From the NCBI GenBank assembly GCA_038087875.1, contig JAXLNO010000676.1, forward strand, positions 1-64,000: a DNA stretch of 64,000 nucleotides, written 5' to 3'. The DNA comes from Malacoraja senta. Lineage: Eukaryota. A program made the translations under genes and the position numbers. Positions 51,431 through 64,000 of this stretch are shown piece after piece (within the stretch, counting starts at the first letter, position 1; every line of letters starts with the position of its first letter). A model generated the notes under the pieces. That model was not told the origin of the DNA and made no database searches. It saw nothing but the letters and a program-made list of their open reading frames with translations.

Positions 51431-52017
51431 ACCTGTATGTGTGCTGCAAGTAAGAATGTCATTGTTTTGGGACATATGACAATAAAACAGTCTCGACTCT
51501 CTTGTAAAAGCATGAGGCCTACTCTTTATAGCAGAGTGGAATTATTGTATCTAAAGTGACAATGTATCAGTCAGTAATCACAAAAGTCTGAACTGTCGAT
51601 GCAACATAAGATCAGAAGGAATAGGAGTAGAATTGGGCCATTCGGCCCATCAAATCTACTCTGCCATTTCAATCACGGCTGAACCTCTGACACCCGTACT
51701 AATCAAGAAACTATCTATCCCTGCCTTAAATATATCCACTGACTTGGCCTCCACAGCCTTCTGTGGCAAATTATTCCACAGATTCACCACCCTCTGACTA
51801 AAGAAATTCCTCATCTCCTTCGTAAAAGAATGTCCTTTAATTCTGGGGCTGTGACCTCCAGTCCTAGACTCTCCCACCAGTGGAAACATCCTCTCCACAT
51901 CCAATCCATCCAAGCCTGTCACTATTCTGTACGTTTCAATGAGATCCGCACTCATTCTTCTAAATTCCAGCGAGTACAGGCCCAGTGCCGTCAAACGCTC
52001 ATCATATGAATGGTGTA

Positions 52018-52161
52018 GTGTTAAAGTCTGAAGAAGGGTTTCGGCCCGAAACGTTGCCTATTGATCAGTCTGAAGAAGGGTTTCGGCCCGAAACGTTGCC
52101 TATTTCCTTCGCTCCATAGATGCTGCTGCACCCGCTGAGTTTCTCCAGCATTTTTGTGTAC
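52018..52161 (+). mobile_element. 144-bp Penelope-derived insertion with two tandem hammerhead motifs
   Basis: TSD CATATGAATGGTGTA (52003-52017 and 52162-52176); CTGAAGAAGGGTTTCGGCCCGAAACGTT at 52028 and 52070. Confidence 0.88.
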
Positions 52162-53788
52162 CATATGAATGGTGTAATTCTACTCCTCTAACTTGTGAAC
52201 TTGGGTGAACCAGTCAGTCTGTGTCCAAGCTGTTGTACTGTATCTGCCTCAACTAAAATAAAATGGTGGAGTAACTCAGCCGGTCAGGCAGCGTTTCTGG
52301 ATGACCAGTGTAGGTAACATCTCAGAGTGAATAAGAGTCCCGGCCTGAAATATCACCCATCAAAATATTCTAGAAATGTTACCTGACCCGCTGAGTGACT
52401 TCAGTGATTTGTGGAAACCAGCATCTGCAGTCGCTTGTGTCCACATTTCACTGCCTCAACTACCTTCTCCGGCCACTCAAGACATCTACCCCCTACCACA
52501 CGTTGCCCCTCAGGTTCTGATTAAATCTTCCCCCCCCCCCCCCCCCCTCACCTTAAACTCTGTCCCCAGAAGTGTCGGCGGTTGTGGGGAGAAGGCAGGA
52601 GAATGGGGTTAGGAGGGTCAGCCATGATTGAATGTAGACTCGATGGGCTGAATGGCCTAATTCTTCTCCTAGAACTTATATTCTCCAGAGATGCTGCCTG
52701 ATCCTCTGGGTTAATCCAGCACTTTGTTTATTCTTGCCATTTATAATGTCTGCATTGTTTAAGTCTGTATCAATGATGATGAACAATGAGAATGGGGTTC
52801 AGAGGGAAAGGTAGATGGATCAGCCATGATTTAATGGCGGAGTGGACTTGATGGGCCGAATGGCCTCCTATCACTTATGAACTTCGGAGCAGTTCATGAT
52901 TCCCCAACCTAAACTCTGCCTTCACCCGATTTATCCCCTCTCATGATTTTGTACACCTCTATAAGATCCCCCATCAGCCTCCTGCGCTCCAAGGAATAGA
53001 GTCCCAGCCTGCTCAACCTCTCCCCATAGCTCAAGCCCTTGGGTCCTGGCAACATCCTCGTAAATCTTCTCTGTACCTTTCCCAGCTTGGGAAAACAATC
53101 CAAAACGGAAACAAAAATGATCAGCAACGAGCGTTTTAAAGATGTGGTGCAGGAAGGAACAGGAGATGCAGGTTTACATTGAAGATAGACACAAACTGCT
53201 GGAGTAACTCAGCGGGTCTCCCAGCATCTCTGGAGCGGAGGAGGATCAGCTAACCCTTCGGGTCGGAATCCTTCTTCAGTTTCTGAGGCGGCATGGCGGA
53301 GCAGCGGTAGAGCTGCTGCCTCACAGCGCCCGAGACCCGGGTTCGATCCCGACTACGGGTGCTGTCTGTACGGAGTTTGTACGTTCTCCCCGTGACCTGC
53401 GTGGGGTTTTCTCCGAGATCTTTTTCAGTTTCCACCCACACTCCAAAGATGTGCAGGTTTGTAGGTTAAGTGGCTTGGTGTAAATGTAAATTGTCCCGAG
53501 TGTGTGTGTGTGTGTGTGTGTAGGATAGTGTTAGTGGGCGGGATCGCTGGTCGGCGCGGACTCCGTGGGCCGAAGGGCCTGTTTCCACGGTGTATCTCTA
53601 AACCAAACTAAACTAGAGACCTGTGTGAGGTCACCCCTTCACAAACTCTGTCAAGAGAACTGGGATCCATCTCGTTCATTTACTCTTTTATAACCTCACC
53701 TTTCCAGCTTCATTAGAACATAGAACAGTACAGAACAGGAACATGCCCTTCAGCCCATAATGTTTGTGCCGAACATGATTCCAAGTTA

Positions 53789-54292
53789 TTAAGTGTTAAA
53801 GAAGGAACTGCAGATGCTGGAAAATCGAAGGTACACAAAAATGCTGGAGAAACTCAGCGGGTGTAGCAGCATCTATGGAGCGAAGGAAATAGGTAACGTT
53901 TCGGGCAAAACCCTTCTTCAGACTGATAGGGGGTGGGGAGAAGAAAGGAAAAAAGGAAAAAGGCGGAGGAGGAGCCCGAGGGCTGGGGGAGGGGAGGAGA
54001 CAACCAGATGGCTGATGAAGGGGAGGGGACAGCAAGGGCTAGCAGAATTGGGAGAATTCAATGTTCAAGCCCGCAGGATGTAGACTGCCCAAGCGGAATA
54101 TGAGGTGCATTTCCTCCAATTTACGGTGTTGCTCGCTGTGGCCATGGAGGAGACCCAGGACAGAGAGGTCAGATACGGAATGGGAGGGGGAGTTGAAGTG
54201 CTGAGCCACCGGGAGTTGGAAACGTTACCTATTTCCTTCGCTCCATAGATGCTGCTGCACCCGCTGAGTTTCTCCAGCATTTTTGTGTACCT
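53789..54292 (-). mobile_element. Penelope-like element with inverted terminal pLTR piece
   Basis: TSD ATGATTCCAAGTTA (53775 and 54293). 54219-54291 is an inverted copy of about 53830-53903. Nearly identical to 6874-7260. Confidence 0.9.
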
Positions 54293-56103
54293 ATGATTCC
54301 AAGTTAAACTGATCTCATCTGCCTGTACATGGCCCATATCCCTCTATTCCCTGCACTTCCATGAGCCTATCTAAAAGCCTGTTGAACACCACTCTCATAT
54401 CTGCCTCCACCGCCACCCCTGGCAATGCGTTCCGGGGCCCCCACCACCCTCTGTGTTTAAAAACTCGCCCGGCACATCTCCTTTAAACTATTCCCCTCTC
54501 ACCTTAGAGGTATGCCCTCTATTGTTGGACCACCCTGGGGAAAAGGTTCTGACTGTCTACCCTATCAATGCCTTGCTATTGAGGGAGTGCAGCGTAGGTT
54601 TACAAGGTTAATTCCCGGGTGGCGGGACCATCATATGCTGAGAGAATGGAGCGGCTGGGCTTGTACACTCTGGAGTTTAGAAGGACGAGAGGGAATCTTA
54701 TTGAAACGTATAAGATTGTTAAGGGTAGAGGCAGGAAACATGTTCCCGATGTTGGGGGAGTCCAGAACCAGGGGCCACAGTTTAAGAATAAGGGGTAAGC
54801 CATTTAGAATGGAGACGAGGAAACACTTTATCACACAGAGAGTTGTGAGTCTGTGGAATTCTCTGCCTCAGAAGGCGGTGGGGGCCGGTTCTCTGGATAC
54901 TTTCAAGAGAGAGCTAGATAGGGTCTTAAAGATAGCGGAGTCAGGGGATATGGGGAGAAGGCAAGAACGGGGTACTGATTGGGGATGATCAGCCATGATC
55001 ACATTGAATGGCGGTGCTGGCTTGAAGGGCCGAATGGCCTACTCCTGCACCTATTGTCTATTGTCTATTGTCTCTCAGAGTTTTATACACTTCCATCAAC
55101 CTCTAACGTTCCAACCTCTCCCTGGAGCTGAAACTGGGTAGTCCAGGCAACATTCTGGTAAACCACTTCTGCACCATTTCCAAAGCCACCACATCCTTCC
55201 TGTAATGGGATGACAAGAACCTCAGGCAATACTCCAAATTACATGCAGTTCTGGTCACTCCAATTCAGGGAGGACCTGGAGGCTTTGGAGAGGGTGCAAG
55301 GAGGTTTACCAGAATTCATTCTTATGATTTTTCTAAATAGGAAAAGCAGCAATGTGCAGGCCATTAGAGTGCCATCCAAGAAAATCTGTAAAACCTTTGT
55401 TCATTCTTACTAGGAGCAGAATTATAGACAATAGGCAATAGTCAATAGGTGCAGGAGTAGGCCATTCGGCCCTTCGAGCCAGCACCACCATTCAATGTGA
55501 TCATGGCTGATCATCCTCAACCAGTACCCCGTTCCTGCCTCTCCCCGAATTATGCCATTCGGCCCATTAAGTCTACTCCGCCATTCAACTAATTCGCCAA
55601 GATCTATCTCTCTCTCTCTCTCAACCCCATTCTCCTGCCTTCTCCCCATAACCCCTGATACCAAGAATCTATCTATCTCCACCTTTAAAATATCCACTGA
55701 CTTGGCCTCCACAGCCTTCTGTGGCAGTGAATTCCACAGATTCACCACCCTATGACTAAAGAAATTCCTCCTCATCTCCTTTCTGAAGGCGAGTCATTTT
55801 ATTCCCTCTGATCCTAGACTCTCCCACTAGTGGAAACATCCTCTCCACATCCACTCTATCCAGGCCTTTCACTATTATAACACCAACAAAAAAAAAGCCA
55901 GATTAGCTTCTTCTCCTTATATGCACTCATTAACATCTACAGCTCAGTTCCGTGAATGGTGACGCATTCTCAAAGCATTCTCTTTGCTTCTGAATTATTT
56001 TTAGGGTCTCCCTTCTCAAGGAACATGTGGTACTATTCATCTTTAACAAATTGTAATAATTCTTGTGTAAGTCGGAACTGCAGATGCTGGTTTCCACCGA
56101 AGA

Positions 56104-56940
56104 TAGACACAAAACGCTGGAGTAACTCAGCAGGTCAGGCAGCATGGTAGACACAAAACGCTGGAGTAACTCAGCGGGTCAGGCAGCATGGTAGACACAA
56201 AACGCTGGAGTAACTCAGCGGGTCAGGCAGCATGGTAGACACAAAATGCTGGAGTAACTCAGCGGGTCAGGCAGCATGGTAGATACAAAATGCTGGAGTA
56301 ACTCAGCGGGTCAGGCAGCATGATAGACACAAAACGCTGGAGTAACTCAGCGGGTCAGGCAGCATGGTAGACACAAAAACGCTGGAGTAACTCAGCGGGT
56401 CAGGCAGCATGGTAGACACAAAATGCTGGAGTAACTCAGCAGGTCAGGCAGCATGGTAGACACAAAACGCTGGAGTAACTCAGCGGGTCAGGCAGCATGG
56501 TAGACACAAAACGCTGGAGTAACTCAGCGGGTCAGGCAGCATGGTAGACACAAAATGCTGGAGTAACTCAGCGGGTCAGGCAGCATGGTAGATACAAAAT
56601 GCTGGAGTAACTCAGCGGGTCAGGCAGCATGATAGACACAAAACGCTGGAGTAACTCAGCGGGTCAGGCAGCATGGTAGACACAAAAACGCTGGAGTAAC
56701 TCAGCGGGTCAGGCAGCATGGTAGACACAAAATGCTGGAGTAACTCAGCGGGTCAGGCAGCATGGTAGACACGAAACGCTGGAGTAACTCAGCGGGTCAG
56801 GCAGCATGGTAGACACGAAACGCTGGAGTAACTCAGCGGGTCAGGCAGCATGGTAGACACGAAACGCTGGAGTAACTCAGCGGGTCAGGCAGCATGGTAG
56901 ACACGAAATGCTGGAGAAACTCAGCGGGTCAGGCAGCATC
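56104..56940. repeat. 44-bp tandem array (19 units) derived from a Penelope pLTR
   Basis: Unit TAGACACAAAACGCTGGAGTAACTCAGCGGGTCAGGCAGCATGG, flanked on both sides by normal pLTR sequence. Confidence 0.97.
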
Positions 56941-58389
56941 ATTGGAGAAAAGGAATAGGTGCCATTTCGAGTCGAGAGCCTTCTTCAGGGTCTCCTATTC
57001 CTTCTCTCCAGTGATGTTGTCAGACCATGTGTGTGCAGGAAGGAACTGCAGATACTGGTTTAAATCGAAGGTTGACCCAAAATGCTGGAGAGACTCAGCG
57101 GGACGGGCAGCATCTCTGGAGAGAAGGAATGGGTGATGTTACTGGATGATTCTTCAGTCTGAAGAAGGGTCTCGACCCGAAACGTCACCCATTCCTTCTC
57201 TCCAGAGATGCTGCCTGTCCCGCTGAGTTACTCCAGCATTTTGTATCGACCATGCTGCCTGACCCGCTGAGTTGCTCCAGCATTTTGTATAATATTTAAT
57301 GTTGGAATGAATTTGCCAATTGCACACAAGTTTATTATTATTATCTGTTTGTCTTTGTTTAGTTTAGTTTGGAGATACAGCGTGGAAACAGGCCCTTCGG
57401 CCCACCGGGTCCGCACCGACCACGAATCCCCGCACACAAACACTACCCTACACACACTAGGGACAATTTACACTTATACCAAGCAGATTAACCCACAAAC
57501 CTGTACATCTTTTGAGAGTGGGAGGAAACCGAAGATATCGGAGAAAACCCAGGCAGGTCACGGGGAGAAGGTGCAAACTCCGTACAGACAGCACCCGTAG
57601 TCGGGATTGAACCCGGGTCTCTGGCGCCGTAAGGCTGTACCCCAATGCCACTGTGCCACCCTTTATTCCAAGTCTTTATTCAGCATAATCCACGCCCACA
57701 ACCTATGCATTCAGTTTCAGGTCAGCGTTAGTACATTGTCACGTGGTACAGCAAAAAGCTTTTTGCCGCGTGCTAACCAGACAACGGAAAGACTATAGAT
57801 GATTGCAATTGATTCATCGGCAAATACAGAAATTACGGACTTTGCTTCACCAAATAGCCATGATAAAGAATAATCTTTGTGAAGCCTCACCTGTCCTTGT
57901 CTGCCACTCTGATCAAATGGATGTTACCCCCAGATTATCCCAGCTATCATTTGTAGATCAGTTACATCTGATTAATCTTTAACTAAGGCTCAACGATAAG
58001 ATTATAGCCTAATAATATATTATTGCTCCAGTTCCCTGGTTTATTTGCACTAGAATGCAAACAGAAATGCACTAGAATACAAACTGTGTCGCTTTTTTTA
58101 AAGCAGTTCATAACATTTTATTTTTGACCAACATTTTTCACTGCTGTTCCGTTGATTACAATTCTTTAATACCCTGCCCAAGTTGAGTCTTGTTTCCTGC
58201 CCATTTCCTTTCTTACCAAAAACACAAAGAGCTGGGGGAACTCAGGCAGCAGCTGTGGGGGAAATGGACTGGGGCAGGTTTTGCGTGAGACCGAAGAAGG
58301 GTCCCCACCCAAAACGTCGCCCTCCACAGATACCCGACACAAAATGCTGGAGTAACTCATCAGGGAAAGGCAGAAAAAAGTTATTGTTT

Positions 58390-59180
58390 TTTTTGCAGAT
58401 AGTGAAGATGGTTGTGAGCGATTGCAGCAGGATCTGGATCGATTGGCCAGGTGGGCGGAGGAATGGATGATGGAATTGAATGCGGAGAAGTGCGAGGTGT
58501 TGCATTTTGGGACGTCGAACAAGGGCAGGACCTACACAGTAAATGGTAGGCCTCTGGGTAGTGTTGTAGAGCAGAGGGATCTAGGAGTACAAGTACATGG
58601 TTCCTTGGCACATGGTACACAAGTCGCAGGTAGATAACGTGGTCAAAAAGGCTTTTGACACCTTGGCCTTCATCAGTCAGAGTATTGAGTATAGAAGTTG
58701 GGAGGTCATGTTGCAGTTGTATAAGACGTTGGCGAGACCGCATTTGGAATATTGTGTTCAGTTCTGGGCACCGTGTTATAGGAAATATATTGTTAAGTTT
58801 GAAAGGGTTCAGTAAAAATTTACGAGGATGTTGCCAGGACTGGAGGGTGTGAGCTATAGGGAGAGGTTGAATCGGCTGGGTCTCTATTCCATGGAGCGCA
58901 GGAGGATGAGGGGTGATCTTATCCTCCTGTACATATGATCATGAGAGGAATAGATCGGGTAGATGCACAGAATCCTTTGCCCTGAGTAGGGGAATCAAGG
59001 ACCAGAGGACATAGGTTCAAGGTGAAGAGGAAAAGATTTAACAGGAATCCGAGGGGTAACTTTTTCACACAAAGGGTTGTGGGTGTATGGAATAAGCTGG
59101 CAGAGGAGGTAGTTGAGGCTGGGACTATCCCATCGTTTAAGAAACAGTTGGACAGGTACATGGATAGGTCAGGTTTGGAG
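58390..59180 (+). mobile_element. CR1-clade LINE 3' region
   Basis: LQQDLDRLARWAEEWMMELNAEKCEVLHFG and [17 protein letters not shown] motifs. Confidence 0.9.
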
Positions 59181-59791
59181 GCAGAGAATTCCACAGACTC
59201 ACAACTCTCTGTGAGAAAAATGTTTCCTCATCTCCGTTCTAAATGGCGTACCCCTTATTCCTAAACTGGCCCCTGGTTCTGGACTCCCCCAACATCGGGA
59301 ACATATTTCCTGCCTCTAGCGTGTCCAAACCCTTAATAATCTTATGTTTCATTAAGATCCCCTTTCATCCTTCTAAAGTCCAGAGTATACAAGCTCAGCC
59401 GCTCCATTCTCTCAGCATATGACAGTCCCGCCATCCCGGGAATTAACCCAGGTGCTTAGGAAGGAACTGCAGATGCTGGTTTAAACCGAAGATAGACACA
59501 AAAAGCTGGAGCAACTCAGCGGGTCAGACGGCATCTCTGGAGAAAAGGAATGGGTGACGTTTCGGGTCTGAGAGTCAGGGGAATGGGAAACGAGAGATAT
59601 AGACGGTGTTGTAGAGAGATATGGAACAAATGAATGAAAGATATGCAAAAAAAGTAACGTGATACAGGAAACAGGTCATTGTTAGCTGTTTGTTAGCTGA
59701 GAACGAGTGCAGACAATGAGACTCAACAATACGACTTTGAAGCTGGTACGACTTGGGTGGGGAAGAGATGGAGAGAGAGAGGGGATGTTTA

Positions 59792-60101
59792 TGGGCCTGT
59801 CCCACTGTACGAGATAATTCAAGAGTTCTCCCGAGTTTCCCCTGATTCGAACTCGGAGATTTACGGTAATGGCCGCTCCTAGGTACTCGGGGCTCTTGTG
59901 GACATTTTTCAACATGTTGAAAAATCTTCCCGAGCTTACCGCGTTTCCCGAGTACCTGCCGTTAGCGTTACGAGCCGCTAAGAGACGTTCCTGAGCTCCG
60001 ACGTACCCGCTCCGTACATTCTACGTGCTTACCACGAGTTTGATTATTTATTTTTTACTCGGGAGAGCTCTTGAATTAGCTCGTACAGTGGGACAGGCCC
60101 T
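59792..60101. mobile_element. PIF/Harbinger MITE type C (inverted relative to 25530)
   Basis: GGGCCTGTCCCACTGTACGAG TIRs and TTA TSD. Confidence 0.9.
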
Positions 60102-60239
60102 TTAGTTTAGTTTGTCTCCTGTACCGAAGTACGGTGAAAAGCTTTTGTTGCGTGCTATCCTGTCAAAGAAAAGACCGTACATGATTACAATCGAGCCATC
60201 CATAGTTCAAAAGGTCTCCGATGAGGTAGATGGGATCAG

Positions 60240-60840
60240 GACTTTTTCTGCAGTTGTATAGGGCTCTGGTGAGACCACATCTGGAGTATTGTGTACAGTT
60301 TTGGTCTCCTAATTTGAGGAAGGACATCCTTGCGATTGAGGCAGTGCAGCGTAAGTTCACGAGATTGATCCCTGGGATGGTGGGACTGTCATATGAGGAA
60401 AGATTGAAAAAACTAGGCTTGCATTCACTGGAGTTTAGAAGGATGAGGGGGGGTTCTTATAGAAGCATATAAAATTATTAAAGGACTGGACAAGCTAGAT
60501 GCAGGAACAATGTTCCCAATGTTGGGCGAGTCCAGAACCAGGGGCCACAGTTAGAATAAAGGGGAGGTCATTTAAGACTGAGGTGAGGAAAAACTTTTTC
60601 ACCCAGAGAGTTGTGAATTTATGGAATTCCCTGCCACAGAGGGCAGTGGAGGCCAAGTCACTGGATGGATTTAAGAGAGAGCTAGATAGAGCTCTAGGGG
60701 CTAGTGGAGTCAAGGAATATGGGGAGAAGGCAGGCACGGGTTATTAATTGGGGACGATCAGCCATGATCACAATGAATGGCGGTGCTGGCTCGAAGGGCC
60801 GAATGGCCTCCTCCTGCACCTATTTATAATGTTTCTATGT
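60240..60840 (+). mobile_element. CR1-clade LINE 3' fragment
   Basis: [29 protein letters not shown] motifs and a CR1 tail. Confidence 0.9.
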
Positions 60841-63800
60841 TAGGACCCGCACTCTGGCTGATGAGAGGACGAGTTCAGTTGCCTGATAATGGCTGTGAAG
60901 AAAGGAAGTGACGTTACGGGTCAGGACAACTCTGTGCTCCCTCTCTATACCCGCACATCTTGCTCATATAAGGTGAGATTCCTTTACTAGTTCACAAGTT
61001 ACAGGAATAGAAATAGGCCATTCGGCCCATCCCGTCTACTCCACCATTCAATCATGGCTGATCTCTGCCTCCTAATCCCATTTTCCTGCCTTCTCCCCCA
61101 TAACCCTTGACACCCGTTCTAATCAAGAACTTGTCTATCTCTGCCTTAAAAATATCCACTGACTTGGCCTCCACAAGCCCTCTGCGGCAATGAGTTCCGC
61201 AGATTATCTACCCTCTGACTAAAGAAGTTCCTCCTCAGCTCCTTTCTAAAAGAGCGTCCTTTAATTCTGAGGCTGTGACCTCTGGTCCTAGACTCTCCCG
61301 CCATTTGCTCTGATTTTTTGAGGTAACAATACCTAAAGCCCTTTGCTTCCACAGCCCTGCTAAGTTGACCACCTCTCCTTCACCAGACACTTCATTGGAG
61401 ACTCTCAGACTACCTTTGATCGGACGTTACACGACTTGACTATAATCACATCATTCCCATTATCATGTATCTGTACACTGTGGACGGCTCGACTGTAATC
61501 ATGTATTGTCTTTCTGCTGACTGGTTGGCACGCAACATAAGCTTTTCACTCACTGTACCTCGGGACACGTGACAAAAAACTAAACTCATCCTGTGAAAAC
61601 AATAGACAATAGACAATAGGTGCAGGAGTAGGCCATTCAGCCCTTCGAGCCAGCACCATTCAATGTGATCATGGCTGATCATCCCCAATCAGTACCCCGT
61701 TCCTGCCTTCTCCCCATATCCCCAGATTCCGCTATCTTTAAGAGCCCTATCTAGCTCTCTCTTGAAAGTATCCAGAAAACCGGCCTCCACTGCCCTCTGA
61801 GGCAGAGAATTCCACAGACTCACCACTCTCTGTGAGAAAAAGTGTTTCCTCGTCTCCGTTCTAAATGGCTTACCCTCTATTCATAAACTGTGGCCCCTGG
61901 TTCATTTAGTTATCATTTCAGCAAGCATCATGTAACCATCCACAATACAGTTAGACCACTAACCACACACTATCAGTACAAGCCTTATATAGTTTCCTGC
62001 CACCCTGTCGCACCAAATACCACCCTCTGGCTCATTCTATGAGGAGAGCCAAATTAGCTGTTTAGCTTAGAGATACAGCGCAGAAACAGGCCCTTTGGCC
62101 CAGCGAATCTGCGCCGACCAGCGATCACCCCGTCCACTAGTACTATCCTGCACGCAAGGCACAATATACAACTTTACCGAAGCCAATTAACCTACAAACC
62201 TGTGCTTCTTTGGAGCGTGGGAGGAAAGCGGAGCACGCGGAGAAAGCCCACGCAGGTCACGGGGGAGAACGCACAAACTTCATACAGACAGCACCCGTAG
62301 TCATGATTGCACCCGTAGTCAGAGTCTCTGGCGCTGTGAGGCAGCAACTCTAACGCTGCGCCACTGGAAAGCAAATAGGAAAGGTGCTTCAGCAGCCCAT
62401 CAAGCCTACTCCGCCATTCAATCGTGGCTGATCTATCTCTCCCTCCTAACCCCATTCTCCTGCCTTCTCCCCATAACCCCCGACACCCGTACTTAACCAT
62501 GGATCTGCCAACCTGCACCTTAAAAATACCCACTGCCTTGGCTTCCATTGCAGTCCGTGGCAAAGAATTCCACAGATTCACCACCCTCTGACTAAAGAAA
62601 TTCCTCCTCGTCTCCTTCCTAAAGGTATGTTCCTTTGATGGAATCAAGAGATATGGGGAGAAAGCAGGAACGAGGTACTGATTGGGGATGATCAGCCAAG
62701 ATCATATTGAATGGTGGTGCTGGCTCGAAGGGCCGAATGGCCTGCTCCTGGCCTCTATGTTTCTATGTCTATGTTTCTATGTTTTATTCTGAGGCTACGG
62801 CCTCTGGTCTTAGACTCTCCCACTGGGGTAAATATCTCTCCGCATCCACTCTATCCAGGCCTTTCATTTTTCGATCCTGACTGCGGGTGCTGTCTGTACG
62901 GAGTTTGTACGTTCTCCCTGTGACCGTGTGGGTTTTCTCCGGGTGCTCCGGTTTCCTCCCACACTCCAAAGACGTACAGGTTAATTGGCTTCGGTAAAAT
63001 TGTAAATTGTCCCTAGTGTGTAGTATAGCGCGAGTGTACGGGGAGATCGCTGGTCGGCGCGGATTTGGTGTGTGGAAGGCCTGTTTCTGTGCTGCTTCTC
63101 TAAAGTCCAAAGTGTACAGCAAGCTTCCTGAGAAAATTTGGTTTTGATTAGTTTAGTTCAGAGATACAGCGAGGAAACAGGCCCTTCGGTCCACCGAGTC
63201 CGCGCCGACCAGCGACCTCCGCTCGCTAACACTATCCTGCACACACTAGGGACAATTTACTATTTTACCGAAGCCTATTAACCTACAAACCTGCACGTCT
63301 TTGGAGCGCGGGAGGAAACCGGAGCACCCGGTGAAAACCCACGCAGGTCACGGGGAGAAAATACAAACACCGTACAGACAGCGCCCGTAGTCAAGATCAA
63401 ACCCGGGTCTCTGGCGCTGTGAGGCAGCAACTCTACTGCTGCGCCACCGTGCCACCAGAAGGTGTGTAGGATAGTGCTAGTGCACGGGGGTGAACGCTGG
63501 TCGGCGTGGACTTGGTGGGCCGAAGGTCCTGATTGCGAAGGGCCAGGATGTTTCCACTGGTGGGAGAGTTTACCACTAGAGGTCACAGCCTCAGAAGTAA
63601 AGGACGTTCCTTGAGGAAGGAGATGAGGAGGAATTTCTTTAGTCAGAGGGTGGTGAATCTGTGGAATTCTTTGCCACAGAAGGCTGTGGAGGCCGTCAAT
63701 GGATGTTTTTAGGGCAGAGATAGATAGATTCTTGATTAGTGCGGGTGTCAGGGGTTATGGGGAGAAGGCTGGAGAATGGGGTTGTGAGGGAAAGATAGAT

Positions 63801-64000
63801 CAGCCATGATTGAATGGCGGAGTAGACAATGGGCTAATTCTGCTCCTATCACTTATAACCTTATATAACTTATTCTGTGCTGTATATCTAAACTCATAAG
63901 GTCATAAGTAATTCTGAGGCTATGACCTTTGGTCCTAGACTCTCCACCAGTGGAACCATCCTCTCCACATCCACTCGATGCAAAGCCATTCACTATTCTG

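Noticed and set aside
56104..56940. CRISPR-like array (also 10606-10958 and 12007-12446)
   Set aside because: Units abut without unique spacers, there are no cas genes, and the context is eukaryotic.
47047..64000. First coding exon of GCNT7
   Set aside because: No long ORF with GT14 motifs (HVD, CGQDFP, SPDEH); it must lie beyond the window or in the gap.

Overview
Repeat-saturated vertebrate genomic DNA, most likely a skate or other cartilaginous fish (inferred from HE1-type V-SINEs and HER1/CR1-type LINEs), with a 200-N assembly gap at 49140-49339. Host genes: the last two coding exons of a minus-strand core-2/I-branching beta-1,6-GlcNAc transferase, best matching GCNT7 (47046-46951 and 34593-34355). 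About 1.7 kb downstream lie a CpG island and two in-frame candidate exons of an unidentified minus-strand gene (MLGGSVPARCY|GKILAMDGLDSWKPKHSIPY). Most of the rest is mobile DNA: a gag-less Gypsy element, a composite Helitron, Rex-Babar, Hero, L1, CR1 and RTE LINE pieces, Penelope-like elements with hammerhead motifs, and Harbinger and Tc1/pogo MITEs. Most interesting: (1) a Helitron carrying two homologous TATA/Inr core-promoter modules, each aimed at its own minisatellite; (2) a Gypsy copy with 37 nt of tRNA-Leu fused directly into the RT active-site codons; (3) a candidate permuted hammerhead in Hero 3' ends; (4) a TSD-bounded 144-bp double-hammerhead element and a Penelope-derived 44-bp satellite with a higher-order repeat. 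All family calls come from motif recognition by eye; no database searches were run.
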